DNA from: Anthoceros angustus
Taxonomy: Eukaryota > Plantae > Anthocerotophyta
Reading direction: 5' to 3'
Length of the DNA: 64,000 nt
Assembly: GCA_010909165.1 (NCBI GenBank)
Contig: MU008177.1
Coordinates: forward strand, 310,001-374,000
The position numbers were made by a program, and so were the translations under genes. Under the pieces are notes generated by a model, which made no database searches, had not been told where the DNA came from, and worked only from the letters and a program-made list of their open reading frames with translations. Each line of letters starts with the position of its first letter. Within the stretch, counting starts at the first letter, position 1. Shown piece by piece: positions 1-12,329 of this stretch.

Positions 1-1701
1 GGTTGTTGACCACAGAAGAGTCATGTCCCTAAGGCGCACTACAGCCCAGCTGCGCCAAGTTGAGGAAGAACATCTTTGCTCAGATGACTGTGAAGAAGGA
101 AGTGAGCTCGGACCGGAAGATGAAGACGATGGCCCTATACCAGATATTCTCGGGCACAGCGATGATGATCAATCAAATGCGTAGGCAGAGGTACGAGATC
201 TTGGACTCATGGAGATCTTAGGGATGCCCGGTGTTTCCTTTACAGGGCCGACGGTGAGGTATGACCCCGATGGAGTGGAAGGGCAGCGGCTTAACTTCCA
301 GACAAGAGGCAACCATTTGGTGGCCGATCCGAGTGGTTTGTTCGCTTCCCAAGGGAGGCCGCAGGGCGGTTGGTGACCACATGGGTACTCGAACCCCTCG
401 GAGTGTTTTTTTGTTTTGTGTTTAAGTTGTGAGAATCGTGGAGTTGGAATGTGAAGTAGGTTAGGAAATAAGAAAAGTCTACTAGAGCCTAGTAGGAGGA
501 AGAGAGTCTAGTCTGATCCGGAAAAACCGGAGGGTTGGTGCTCGACCGGTTGCTACTTCGGATGCTAGGGCCGTTGCTAACGGACTGTTGCTATGTGACA
601 AACTTGGAGCTTTGTTGCTATGGTAGCAACCAAGTCGGAGTTATTTTCCGATAAATTGAAATCAATTGGCGAAATCATTGGAAAATATTGAGCGAGGAAA
701 TGAGGTCCTATTAGCAATTAAGTCCAGTGGGGGAAGAGAAGAATATTGCAGCGAACCCGGGCAGGCGGGCGCGCCTCAAGCTCGGGCGTGGCCGTGAGCC
801 AGAGGCGGGCGAGACGCGTGCGGGTCACATAAGTCGCAGGCGCAGCGGCCTCGAGAAGGCCGAATCGGGTTGAGTGGCGGTCCGGGGATGCGGTGTGGAA
901 GCGGGCGGAAGTCGTGTCTTGAGTCGGCGGCAACATCCCAAGGCTCTGCGGGGGAGGAGCCGAGGCGGAGCGAGGCGGTGAGGAAGCTCGAAGGCGGCGT
1001 GGCGAGGAATCGCAGGCAAGCGGGGTGCGGTAAATCATGGCGGGTGGAATAATCGGGCGGCGGCTCTGGAAAGGCGGGCGGCTCGGCGTGGTATGCAAGA
1101 AAGAGGAGGCAGGCGGGGGGCGTAAGTGGAGGCCAGCGGGGAAGAGGGCGTGCGAGGCAGTGCAAATTGGTGGCACGCACCCGAGGTGCGGATAAAGGGA
1201 GGCAGAGCGCACTGGGGTCTGTCTAAGCGTGGTTGCAGGATACCTCCAAGCCTCACATATTTGAGGTGGTGGAAGGCAGCGGCGGCGGGAGCATGTTGAG
1301 GTCAGAGGATGAGAACAGGGTTCCAATTCGAGTGGTGGTCTTGAGTCGGGACATAGAAAGCGGGGTGGCGGTGGAATAAATCCGACTGGGTAGTCAGCGT
1401 GCTTTCCGTTGTGGACCGAGAGATACCAAGCCGAGGGCAAGGCGAGACAGCTTTGATGAATGAGGAGATTGAATTCCGGTAGGAATAAATCGATCGAGGC
1501 ACTCCACCTTGTGGGGTTGAGGCGAGGCGTGATTACTCCATGGGGGCTTCTCGGTCAAGCAAGGCTAAGAGGAAATTTCGGGGTGGGGAGTCGACCACGA
1601 GGCGATACACGAGCAGTGGGCACGAAGGCTTGCGTGGCGGTGCATCGCGATGGCGGGACTCTTTGCTTGTAAACTCGAGCCCGCGTCACGGGTCGGGAAG
1701 C

Positions 1702-3231
1702 ATGGGCCCTAAGAAGAACACTCCGGTGGCCATTGAGGCCATTACCAGCATCGGTGGCCCAACATGGGACTTGGAGGTGGCGGGTTCTTTGGTGGCTAAG
1801 CATCACTTGTCCTTCATGGACAAAAGTGGTGCTTCTGATGGCCAGTTGGTTGGAATGTCACGGGACACATGAGGGAGAAGGCCAGGAAGGCAACACGAGA
1901 ACCAACCCCGCTGGAATATTCGATTGTTCGGCATCTATGAGAGGCTGAAGAGGAATGTGGTGGAATAATCATTGATCCTTTAGGAAGCCATCTCCCAAAA
2001 ATTGCGGAGGCCTGTTGCCATTGCTCCCACATTGTCTAGGGTGGAGAATGGTGGGCCACAAGTTAGACCACAGGCGGATTAGCCAAGTGGATCTGTGCTC
2101 TCGGCTCACTAAGAAGCTAGAGCACATTGCTGACCATTTTCTTGTCTTTCTCTATGAAGTGGTGAGAGGGTCCAAGATAGATTGGGCCAGGATGTTCTAT
2201 GACACAGCATGCAGGGAGAGGGACCACTTGACCCTACCATCACCCAGTCCCTCAGCTCTATCTCCCTTCTTAATCCACGTTTTTGACCATGCCAAGTTCT
2301 TTGGAGGATGGAGATGGTCTCGACCTTCCATGCAGGCGGTGTTTGAAAGAAGGAAGCCCAAAGAGGTCGGAGGAAGAGGCCATCTCCGGTGGCACGGGAG
2401 TGAAGATGAGAAGTCAAGTGTCCATGAAGAGGAATGTGGCTTGCTAAGGTATCGGCCGACGGTTGCTAACAAAGCAAGCAGTTGCTAAGACTCCAAGGCA
2501 CCAAGAGGTCGTGAGCAGCAGGGGACTCCAACCACTCCTAGAGCCACAAGAGCAGCAGGAGCTCACAGGACGGGACAAAGGAAGGCCGGCAGCACCGGTT
2601 CCAGCCGTGGGGGAAACCACAGTCAGCAGGAGGAATCGGCCCAACCCTTGGGCACGGCCGGTGATCCGAAAGTGCTACTGTTCAAGGGTGACCCTCAAGT
2701 ATACCGAGTGGTGGGGAGAGTCGATTCTTGACGAGATAGGAAGGAGGAACCCATTCCAGTGGGTTTGGGGACCTAACATCACCTGCGAGGGCTGTCTCGG
2801 CTATGGCGCACTAGGGGTGAGATGGAGGACAGATAGCTCTGGTCCTCTCCTTGATGAGCTTCTGAGCGGCCAGGGGAGCAACAGGAGCGGCTAAAGGAGC
2901 TCCGAGTGAGGAGAAGGAGGACTTGGAGGGCCGCCTAGGTAGCTTGGAAGTGGAAATAAGGAAGATCCGAGAAGAATTGCAGCGGAAGTCCAAGGACCAG
3001 GAAACCCTCATGGCCCAGCTCTTGGACGCACAAAACACCATAGGAGAGCTGCAGAATGTCATCTCAGATGCACAAGTGCAGGCTGAAACCTCGGATGCCC
3101 TCGCTGAGCGCTACAAGAAGGAGAGGGACGAGGCAAGGAAAGGCTGGAAGGAGGCCAAGAGGGCTAGGATTGCAAGGAGAGCCACCATGGAAGATGCGGA
3201 GACTCCTATGGAAGAATCATTCTTGAGTTAA
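1702..3231 (+). pseudogene. TE-associated ORF of unknown function (MGPKK... / SALSPFLIHV family) with C-terminal coiled coil; frameshifted
   Basis: ATG at 1702 (MGPKKNTP...TWDLEVAGSLVAKHHL), then LTKKLEHIADHFLVFLYEVVRGSKIDWARMFY...SALSPFLIHV (ORF 2015-2488) and a coiled-coil ORF at 2923-3231. The same motifs occur in the same order in the minus-strand ORF at 14.9-23.3 kb. Confidence 0.55.
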
Positions 3232-4544
3232 GATAGAGACGCAAGCTGCCAGCAGCCTCCTCATTGTCTAACTCAATTTTCATTCTCTTACTCATTCTCT
3301 TCGGTTTTGTCTAGTACTCACCTTGTGTTTGAGTTTTCGGAGTTGTGAGTGGTGAAGAGAGAAGACAAGGCGGGGAGTCTGTGGGTGCTTGAGAGGAAAT
3401 TTGAAGGGAAGGCAGTGAGTTGGGCACTGTAATGGGCTGTGTGTTTGGAAAATGAGAGGGAAAAGTGAACTGTGAGAGAAGTGGAGAATGGACTGGACAT
3501 GGAGAGTTGCTGATTGGCTGTTTGAGAGGAGTAAGAGGGCTGGAGTAGTTTGCAAGTGATGGTTGTGTTGCTTTGAGGAGAGGCTCGAGGTGGGCGTTGA
3601 AATTCCGTGAGTGGATGAGACTTAATGGATGATTGCGATGAATGGTGAGCAAGTGTCTTGAGAATTGGTGAAGTGCTGTAAGGGTCTATATGAGAACCTT
3701 GTGAGGGCTGGGAGGAACTGCGAGCTGTGGAAGCGGAGATTGAGTGGGGCAGTGAGGCGTGAGAACAAGGAAAGTTGAAGAGAGTTGCTGAAGATACTGG
3801 GAGAGGGTGGGGAGGACTGCGAGAGGCACCCCAAGGGACTGTGAGAGCCTGGAGAGGTTGGCATGAGGCCGAGGAGGTGAGCTGAAAGGTTGGAGGAGAG
3901 AAAAAGAGGCCTGAAGAAGTGCTACAAGAGCTACAAGGGGTGAGGCAGCAACCACAGTTGAGTGAGTCTCGACTTTGTAGGGAGATAAGGCAGAGGTGTC
4001 AACCTTATCCACTTGGATCCCAAATGGGTCCTGCACCCTTCTAATTAATAGCCGGACTGATCCCAAGGTGGACCCCACTGCAAAAAATAGAGGGTGGTTG
4101 CTAAGATGACGGCCACGGTACACGCCGTTACTTAAGGTATGGAGGTCGAGGCGTGGCTAAGATAGCCACCAGTCGAGGCGTGGCTAAGATAGCCTGAGGT
4201 CTGGATACGTTGACTGGTAGGATAGTAGCACTGGTCTGTAAGCACTGTAGATGTTTTGGGTATGCATACGTGTTTGGTTGGATTGGCTATGTTTGGTTGT
4301 CTTGACACGAAATCACTCCCTTGGGTACGAATCTCAAGTCTACAACGATAAAGAGGGTAAATGTGGCCTCTTTGTGACCACTTGGTTTAGAAAATCACTC
4401 CACAGGCGCCGGCCAGCCGGCGCCCCCGGGATTGTGGGAATTCTTGGGAAGCACCCTGGCATTGGGCCAACAACAGATGCTGTTGACGAGGAGGAAGAGG
4501 GGCGCCGGCCGGCTGGCGCTCCTCTCCTTTCCTCCATGTAGGAT

Positions 4545-7428
4545 GTGAGTGGGAATAAAGGCAACAAAGGAAAAAGGAAGGCATTAGAGGGCCAAGCATC
4601 AGGCGAAAGGAGTCGTTCACATAGCGTGGACCTGGCTAGTGGACCAGGGAGAAAAACAAGGAAAATAATGCAAACGGTGCAGGAGTTGCTAGAGGACATA
4701 CCATCTGTTCATGGTTCAACGGACAAGGAGCGGTTGGCAGATGCTATTCGGGGTGAAGACCCTGCATCGCAGCCAGGGGAATTGGCCTATTCAAAAAGGT
4801 TGTTTGGAACAGTTTTGGTGAAATTGGAGAACCGACATCACACCTCACACCGGATGCTCGAGATAGGGAGGGTTGAAGCATGGACAAAGTGCACTTGGCG
4901 TGATTTGAAGGGCAAGATCAAGAAGGCGTGTACCTGCTATGTGATTGACCTACGAGTGTGAAGACCGAGCAAACTAGATTGGGACAAGTTCGGGGCAAAA
5001 AATACATCATGGGGGTTCTTGGAGGCAACCATACTTGTCGACAATGAAGCACTTGGCGATATATGTCCCGGAGAACCTCTGCCGCATCACACCTCACACC
5101 GGATGCTCGAGATAGGGAGGGTTGAAGCATGGACAAATTACTTGGCACGCGTGATTTGAAGGGCAAGATCAAGAAGGCGACACCTACATGTATGATTGAC
5201 CCAGAGTGTGAAGACCTGAGCAAACTAGATTGGGACAAGTTTAGGGCAAAAAAATACATCATGGGGGTTCTTGGAGGCAACCATACTTATGCAGAATGAA
5301 GCACTTGGCGATATATGTCCCGGAAGACTACAAGAGCTTCGGTGGAGGTTCATGTGTATTGTGATCGGCGGTCACGAGGAGATCACGTATTCTTGCAACA
5401 GATCACAATGTGTTGTCTGACAGGAGGAAGAAAATGAATTTCATTGAGCAAGTCAGATATTTGAGGGACGAATTGATTATAGCAAAATGGGACGGAGTGC
5501 AGATGACCATGGCATGGAAGTTTAATCTGTACAAACTACTTGGGTTGATTGACGACGATGAGGGGCGAGAGGACGATGTGTACAAGCAGAACAAAGTGGA
5601 CAACATGACTCATATCTTGTGCATTGCAAAGCAGGAGGGCTTAGTATGGGAGAATGTGGACAAGATTTTTACAAAGTGGGAAGCCGGGGAGCTTCCGGAG
5701 CAAAAGAAACATGTCGCGGAAGGGACGAGCAAGAAAGGCAAAGGAAAACGGAAGGTCACTCAAGAGTCCAAGAAAATCGATGCTGCATATGTGAAGCCGA
5801 AGGATATGCTTGCGAAGCCTTGGAAATCGTTTCAAGGAATACCGTTAGGGGAATGTGGGCAACATATACTAATATCAGCAACGGAAAAGGTTCTTGCAGG
5901 GCTTATTGATCTCAAGGGAATGGATGATGATATCAGCCTCCGGAAGAAATTCCATATCATCCAAGTGGCGATGGCAAAACATCTTGGATGTTCATCGTTC
6001 GAGGAGGTGCGGGAAGAGTACCCGCATCATGCAATAGATAGTGACGCGGTTTCAAACAAGACATTTTGCGGGAAGGTGAGAAAGCCATTTCTATCAAGGT
6101 TTGTGTCAGGGCATTTAGGAGGGCGCCTTGGCCCTCCATCGAAGTCATGGGTGATGGGCGCCTCAACTGATACATGGGGCCGACGCAGTGTGGTTTGGTT
6201 TAAAACTTGCAGACCCAGCTGAGGGCATCGAGGTTTTAAGGCAGGATGACTTCCGCCATTTTATATTTGAAGTCAACAACTGGAAAGGTCTTGAAAATGA
6301 GCAAAGGGCTTTGGCTGATAAGGACCTGGAAGAAGGTCTTCACGTATTTAACGTGCCTTCTAGTGACAAACAGGTGCAATACCAGGTGGAGACAAGAAAT
6401 ATTCTTGACATGCGGGGGTTTCTGAGGACGAGGGGGTACACGCTTCTAGTGATGGACGTCCCTCGTGGGTTTGACATTGGCCCTATGGATAAGCGGGTGG
6501 ACATGGCAATGATGCGAACAATGTTTCAGAGCTTTGAGGAAAAGACAACAAGTGAAGAGTTGCGCATTATAGTCATGCATGGAGTCGAAGAAGCCCACAC
6601 AAATCAGAATCCACTGGACATGGATGTGGAAAGGCGGATTGGTATCCTTCATATGGATAAGACCAACATACATAATGATAGGCGGGTTTGAGGCATGGAG
6701 TACATCAGGTGGGATGGTGTTTGAAAGACAGAAGCACAAAGGATAGAGCTCCTATGTTGCCGAATGCTATGCACGGGACGTTCAATAATGGGAGGTCAGT
6801 TATAGGACACGCCACTATGGTGAAGAAAGAGGTCTACCTGTCCAATGACAAACTGGTGGCATGCCCTTATCAACGCCCACTTGGTCTTCTGATGAAACTT
6901 ATAAGGACCTTCTCAAAGGAAGGGGACTAGGTTCTTGATGCATGTTCGGCATGGACCACCACACTTGTCTTCTCCCGGTGGATGCAATTTCAGCGCTTGA
7001 GGCGATTTCGATGTAGGTACATTCCTCAACGAATACATGGTTATGAGGTCCTTCCAGATGCAGAGGAAGAGCTTACATTTCAACCGCATCGCAGAGGACC
7101 TTCACAGTTCTGGGCAAAGGAGGTATGTATCAGCGAAAAAGATAGTGTGAAGGCACAAGTTGTTTCATTGAGTGCCAGGAGGTTGAAGACGACAACGGGT
7201 GAACTTTTGGAAGATGGGCAGCAAAAGTTGTATGATGTATGGCAGCCTGCCTTCACAGTGGACGACCCCAAGTGTGATGTGAACGAAGACGAGAAGGCCT
7301 TGGAAGAAAACGACGAATTTGAAGACGAAGAAGTAGAGCGCATTAGAAACCTAGCGGTTGTCTCAGACTCTGTGATAGGACATGCAGTAGACGAGTCGCA
7401 GATGAGCCCTCCCAATGATCCATTGTAG
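4545..7428 (+). pseudogene. Decayed multidomain ORF: ParB/Srx-like N-terminal region plus beta-class amino-DNA methyltransferase (N6_N4_Mtase-like) and acidic tail
   Basis: Consecutive + strand ORF pieces (4545-4961, 5410-6222, 6188-6691, 6688-6930, 6982-7428). Motifs in order: VLGGNH (5021, 5273), motif IV-like LLVMDVPRG (6455-6466), W-K-N...EY..VGW, PYQRPLGLLMKLIRTFSKEGD*VLDACS(G)..TT (motif X/I, to ~6960). There are frameshifts and a TAG at 6928. Confidence 0.7.
4827..5325 (+). repeat. ~249-bp tandem duplication inside the ParB-like region
   Basis: catcacacctcacaccggatgctcgagatagggaggg...ggcgatatatgtcccgga occurs at ~4836 and ~5085; GGAGAACC lies at the junction. Confidence 0.9.
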
Positions 7429-7742
7429 ACGTCTCATATTTTGTCTGACCGACAAGTTCTGTGGTCGGATAGAAGTATACAGTTCACGGTTGGCCACTCG
7501 CATAGCTAGCAGTAAAAAAACATCTTGAAGTGGTAGAAATTTAATTTTCCTTTCTATATTATGGACCATTGCTTTGACGAGGGTCCAACTAACGCCGGCC
7601 AACCGGCGCCCGTTTATTATATGCACACATGGAACAGCGTAAACCGTTGTTTCCAACTTGGGATCCATCGGACAAGGGTGGACCCACGTCATAAATGTTG
7701 AAAAAACATAGTTTCTAGAAAGGTGTGATCTTTGTCAAGAGG

Positions 7743-8910
7743 CACTACAAGAAAATGAGGGTTTTTACAACGGTGTTACAACGGGCGTTGTAAACGGCGA
7801 AGTAACGCCGCTGTAAACCGAGAGCTTCATGGCGTTGTAAAATTGCCGACATGGCGGTTCGATTGCCATGTCATTAAAGGTGATATGGCGCCACATCGCC
7901 ACATCACCAAGTGATGACATGGCATGTTGTTGCCACATGGCTTCATTGCCACATCATCGTGATGATGTGGCATGATTTGATGACATGGCCCTCATCGCCA
8001 CATCACCATGTGATGACGTGGTGCCCATTGCCATGTGGCGCCTAGTCGAACCCTTGCCATGTCACCTATTTACAATGCCTTTACAAAACCATTTACAACA
8101 TCCAATTGCAAAAGGAGTTACAACATCTAAGTTTGAGACGTCTTGTGGGTACAACGCGCTTTACAACGACTGCTTTACAAAACCATTTGCAACATCCGAA
8201 TTGCAAAAGGAGTTACAACATCTAAGTTTGAGACGCCCTGTGGGTACAACGCACTTTACAACGACTGCTTTACAAAACCATTTACAACATCCGAATTGCA
8301 AAAGGAGTTACAACATCTAAGTTTGAGACGTCTCGGTGTGGGTACAACGCACTTTTACGACTGTTTTACAAAACCATTTGCAACATCCGAATTGCAAAAG
8401 GAGTTACAACATCTAAGTTTGAGACGTCTCGGTGTGGGTACAACGCACTTTACAACGACCTGTTTTACAAAACCATTTACAACATCCGAATTGCAAAAGG
8501 AGTTACAACATCTAAGTTTGAGACGTCTCGGTGTGGGTACAACGCACTTTATAACGACCCGTTTTACAAAACCATTTACAACATCCGAATTGCAAAAGGA
8601 GTTACAACATCTAAGTTTGAGACGTCTCGGTGTGGGTACAACGCACTTTACAACGACCCGTTTTACAAAACCATTTATAACATCCGACTGTAAAAGGAGT
8701 TACAACATCTAAGTTTGAGACGCGTCTTGTGGGTACAACGCACTTTACAACTAATTCGACTTTACAAAACCATTTACAACATCCGAATTGCAAAAGGAGT
8801 TACAACATCCAAGTTTGAGACGTCTCGTGTGGGTACAACGCACTTTACAACGACCTGTTTTACAAAACCATTTGCAACATCCGAATTGCAAAAGGAGTTA
8901 CAAAATCTAA
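7743..8910 (+). mobile_element. Left end of a CACTA/EnSpm DNA transposon with subterminal repeats
   Basis: CACTACAAGAAAA at 7743 is followed by dispersed direct and inverted ACATGGC/GCCACAT subterminal motifs (7845-8040) and a tandem array. No matching right TIR was found in the window. Confidence 0.75.
8075..8910. repeat. Tandem array of ~9 units of 94-99 bp
   Basis: ttacaaaaccattt anchors at 8081, 8175, 8270, 8366, 8465, 8564, 8663, 8762 and 8860. Confidence 0.95.
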
Positions 8911-8975
8911 GGTCCACCAGCAACCGAAGAGGGTTTGTATATTCCCCCCCTTGAAGGTTATGGTGTTAAGTGTGA

Positions 8976-11200
8976 ATAATGGCAGGAAGCAGCGCAGCGA
9001 TTCCTGCCATCAACAGCGTCTCTCAGCATAGGGGTTATTCTCCATTAAAGGGGTTTGGGTCCCAAAAGACCAAAAATGACCCGGCAGGCCAAAATGCATC
9101 ATCTTTAGCAAAACCACTCTTTAGACATGTCTTGAAAGACATTGACCATGTTATTTTCTCGAATACTTACGCTAAGGTTAAGCCGAAGAAGGTTCGGATT
9201 TCACCTTCACAAGGAAGGGATTTCAAGGATTTTTAACGGTGCTAGGAATCCTAAACACCTCTTTCAGCGATAGTACTTCCTAGCGGGGTGAGCAGTAGGC
9301 AAACCAAACAAAATTAGTCCGACAAGCCAAAGCTGCGCGGACGTCCGGCGCAACCAACACGCAAAAGTAGCAATTATAAGAAGCAAGCTACCACGGACGT
9401 CCGGCGCAATTGTGAAGAACATTAAGCAAAGCGATCATGGCCATCTCGAGAGGACCAAACTACGACTCTAAAAGTAGCTGGGCGTCTGATGTGCAGTACA
9501 CAACCACAGGATCTCCATTGTTAGAGTGAAAAACATAGAAGGAATTGGAGCAATGCGGACGTTCGGCACATTGGCGCAGTCTGCTAAAACTGCCGGACGT
9601 CCGGCGCATTTTAGACCCCAATCTTGTGGGCGTCGCGAGATGGAAATGGTGGAGTGGATGCGGACGTCCGGCGCAAATGTATATATATATTGTTTGTCTT
9701 CTTGGCATCCTCGGATAGGTGCGGTAGACTCAATGGCATAAGAACTCAAGGTTAAGCACCCGGTCGGATCGATTAGGATGGGGTGCTTGACTTTGGTGCT
9801 TTAGAACTTCCATATGCACTCTTGGGTCGGATTAGTACTAGGATGGCTTGCTTTTTTGGCGCTTTGAAAACTTTGTAACAACTCCACTTTAAGCAACCTA
9901 GGCGTATCAATACTAGGATGGAGTGTTGATTTTAGTGGTTTGAAAAATTTGTAAATCATCCGGTATCTAGGCGTAAAGTCATGAATATTATTTTTGAAAA
10001 TCATTTGTTGGTTGATGTTATATTCCACATTCGCTTTGTATACAACATGTTAAAACCTTTTGGCCTTACTCTATGTGCCCCTTGATGACTTGCAATTTGG
10101 ATCTCTTTGATTGGTGCGCCAAAATGTCCGCTCATTCGAGTTTGATGCATTAGATGCATAGGCCTTGGTTTCTAGATGAGCTACATTTTCCAAAATTCGA
10201 CATGTATGATGGTGGTTTCTAATGGCCAACCTTTTGAAGACGACAATGTTTCACAATGTTTTGCAGAGAAGCAAGAAAATAAATAGAATAGATGATTTGT
10301 CCTTGAGTAATGAAAGCCTGTCGGATGCAGTCGAACACAAGTATAAGAGAGCATCTGCCTGGCCACTGCGAGCCCTAGTGAGAGCCAGCGAGTATCTGAA
10401 GAAAGAGGGCTGGTCGCCCGAGCTGGGGGTTTTGACCAAATGGCTGAGTATTTCAGTGAGGCTCGAAGGAGGACACTATACCTTTGTGGCGCCCTACGGT
10501 ATGGCGCACTAGGTGTTCAGGCGAACTATAGCCAAGCTTCGCGGAGATTTTGAATTTAAGATCGACTTGCTCCATGTGCCACCCATGGATAGATTAAGGT
10601 TGAAAGCGATGCGGACTTGACAAGAAGAAATGTAAGCTACGAAGAGTTTGATCAAGAGCGGTTGAGGAGGCCTCACCATCCTTTACCTTGTCCAATTCTG
10701 CTGCAGCCTAATCTGCGAGATCTAAGTGCGGCTTATCTCCGACACGGAGGGGCCGGGTCGAGGGGGTATATGCCCGTGCAGGATTGCTCGAATCACGGGG
10801 TTTGAAAAGAGAATTGATGTGAGTGTTGGTGCGGTGGCAAGTGTGCACAAGAAACTTGAACGAAAGTGCTTGCCTACACAAGTATTGACGCAACCCTCTC
10901 CAAACCCGGTGTATTGCACCTCTTTGGAGTATAAGTCGCGACGTTGGTGCCTCCAGCTCTTTGGAGCATAAGTGCGCCAGTCATCCGGCCACTTGGTACA
11001 AAGGTGTGTCCGACATTTGTGCGGACGGTGGGCACATTAGGTCTTCTTTTGGGCTCGGATGCATGGGCTATGGGTTCGCAAATCACTAAAAACAGTGAAA
11101 TGAGACATATGCATTTCTGGATGGTTGGGGCCAAAATGGGGTTCGGAGACAAACCCCTATGCTGAGAAACACTGTTCATCATAATAATGGCAGGAATCGC
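8976..11200. mobile_element. Putative non-autonomous element bounded by ~50-bp imperfect inverted repeats
   Basis: agcgattcctgccat...aacagcgtctctcagcataggggtt (~8996-9040) matches the reverse complement of ~11150-11200. The interior has cggacgtccggcgca at 9338, 9394, 9594 and 9661. Confidence 0.4.
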
Positions 11201-12186
11201 TTCTTGCCCCCCTCCTCTAATCACTGCCTTCCCCTTGACCATAGATCCGTACGACATTGATTTCAAACCGCGTGACATTGGTTACAACGTAACCAATGTG
11301 CATTGCCTGTATTTAGGGTACATTATACTGTTTAGTGACTGGATATCGTTAAATATAATGTGCAAACAAGACAATAGCCCCTAAGCCCGCCCTACTCCGT
11401 AGTTTTCAGAACGCGTCACTAGCCCATACACGTCACTACCCCAACTACGACCACTACTATGTGCCACAGTCCATGAGTTCCTACTCCCTCCATCCCCGAG
11501 CCGGTGTGGGAACGACAACTGCCTAACCTATGTTATCCTCCATCGTCTCGAATGCAGCATGCACTGGATTACCCGCGATGGCCACACAAATGGGCCATCG
11601 ATGGAGCGCACCCTATAAACGCAATACCTCCTCATGTTCACAAGGTCAAATCCCATGTACGACGTCTTCAATGATGGTCTGGTTTCACTTGGTAACACTC
11701 ATACCAGCGAACTTCAACGATACAGGCTTATACTCCTCCCAAAAATGTCATGAACGGGATCATGGCAGATAAACTGGGTGCTATGACCACCTAGCTGAAG
11801 GAGAAGCGGGAATGGAAGGTTGCGCCTATCATGTCCAATCCCTCTGCAGTGTTCATTTCCTAGAATACCCAATCATACTGTGTAGGGTGCTTGGTCTTGT
11901 AGAGGAGGCCGGAGTCGATAACCAGAAGGTCGCGTGTTCGGATTCCCTGATCAGCACGCGATTTTGCAACTGGACATGATTAGGGAGGCAACCGGATGAG
12001 ATGTATTCATGTATGTGTCATTCGTATACATAGAAAATATGCATGGGCCATGCCCTCTAAAACAACAACGTACACGGCCGTGTGCGCCATGTAGAAGTAC
12101 ATAGTATACGTGCAACATGTACGTCTATGTGGAATGGAAATAAAAAAATATAGCGATTGCAATTCTCATATACGTATCTATACATC

Positions 12187-12226
<40 letters not shown>
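12187..12226. repeat. Compound (AT)n(AC)n microsatellite
   Basis: Read directly from the sequence. Confidence 0.95.
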
Positions 12227-12227
<1 letters not shown>

Positions 12228-12329
12228 TAGATAACCTACAATTATCTTCTACATGTATGTATGGCACAAGGCTAAAAAACTTAGGCTTCAACCCATGAAT
12301 AGCTATGGTCAAGCAAAAATATTGATAAA

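Noticed and set aside
1-184. Acidic ORF tail at the window start
   Set aside because: Too short and truncated by the window edge to assign.
718-1440. 240-aa Pro/Arg-rich minus-strand ORF
   Set aside because: Low-complexity antisense reading of a G-rich TE segment; no domain motifs.
4545-7428. Bacterial contamination as the source of the MTase
   Set aside because: It is embedded among plant-type TEs (CACTA, hAT, gag), is decayed, and has no operon or cognate restriction gene. This was not formally excluded without read data.
8075-8910. CRISPR-like appearance and the repeat-encoded ORFs 7985-8320 and 8143-8712
   Set aside because: The units are contiguous with no unique spacers, no cas genes are present and the context is eukaryotic. 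The ORF is a by-product of the 99-bp (33-codon) period.
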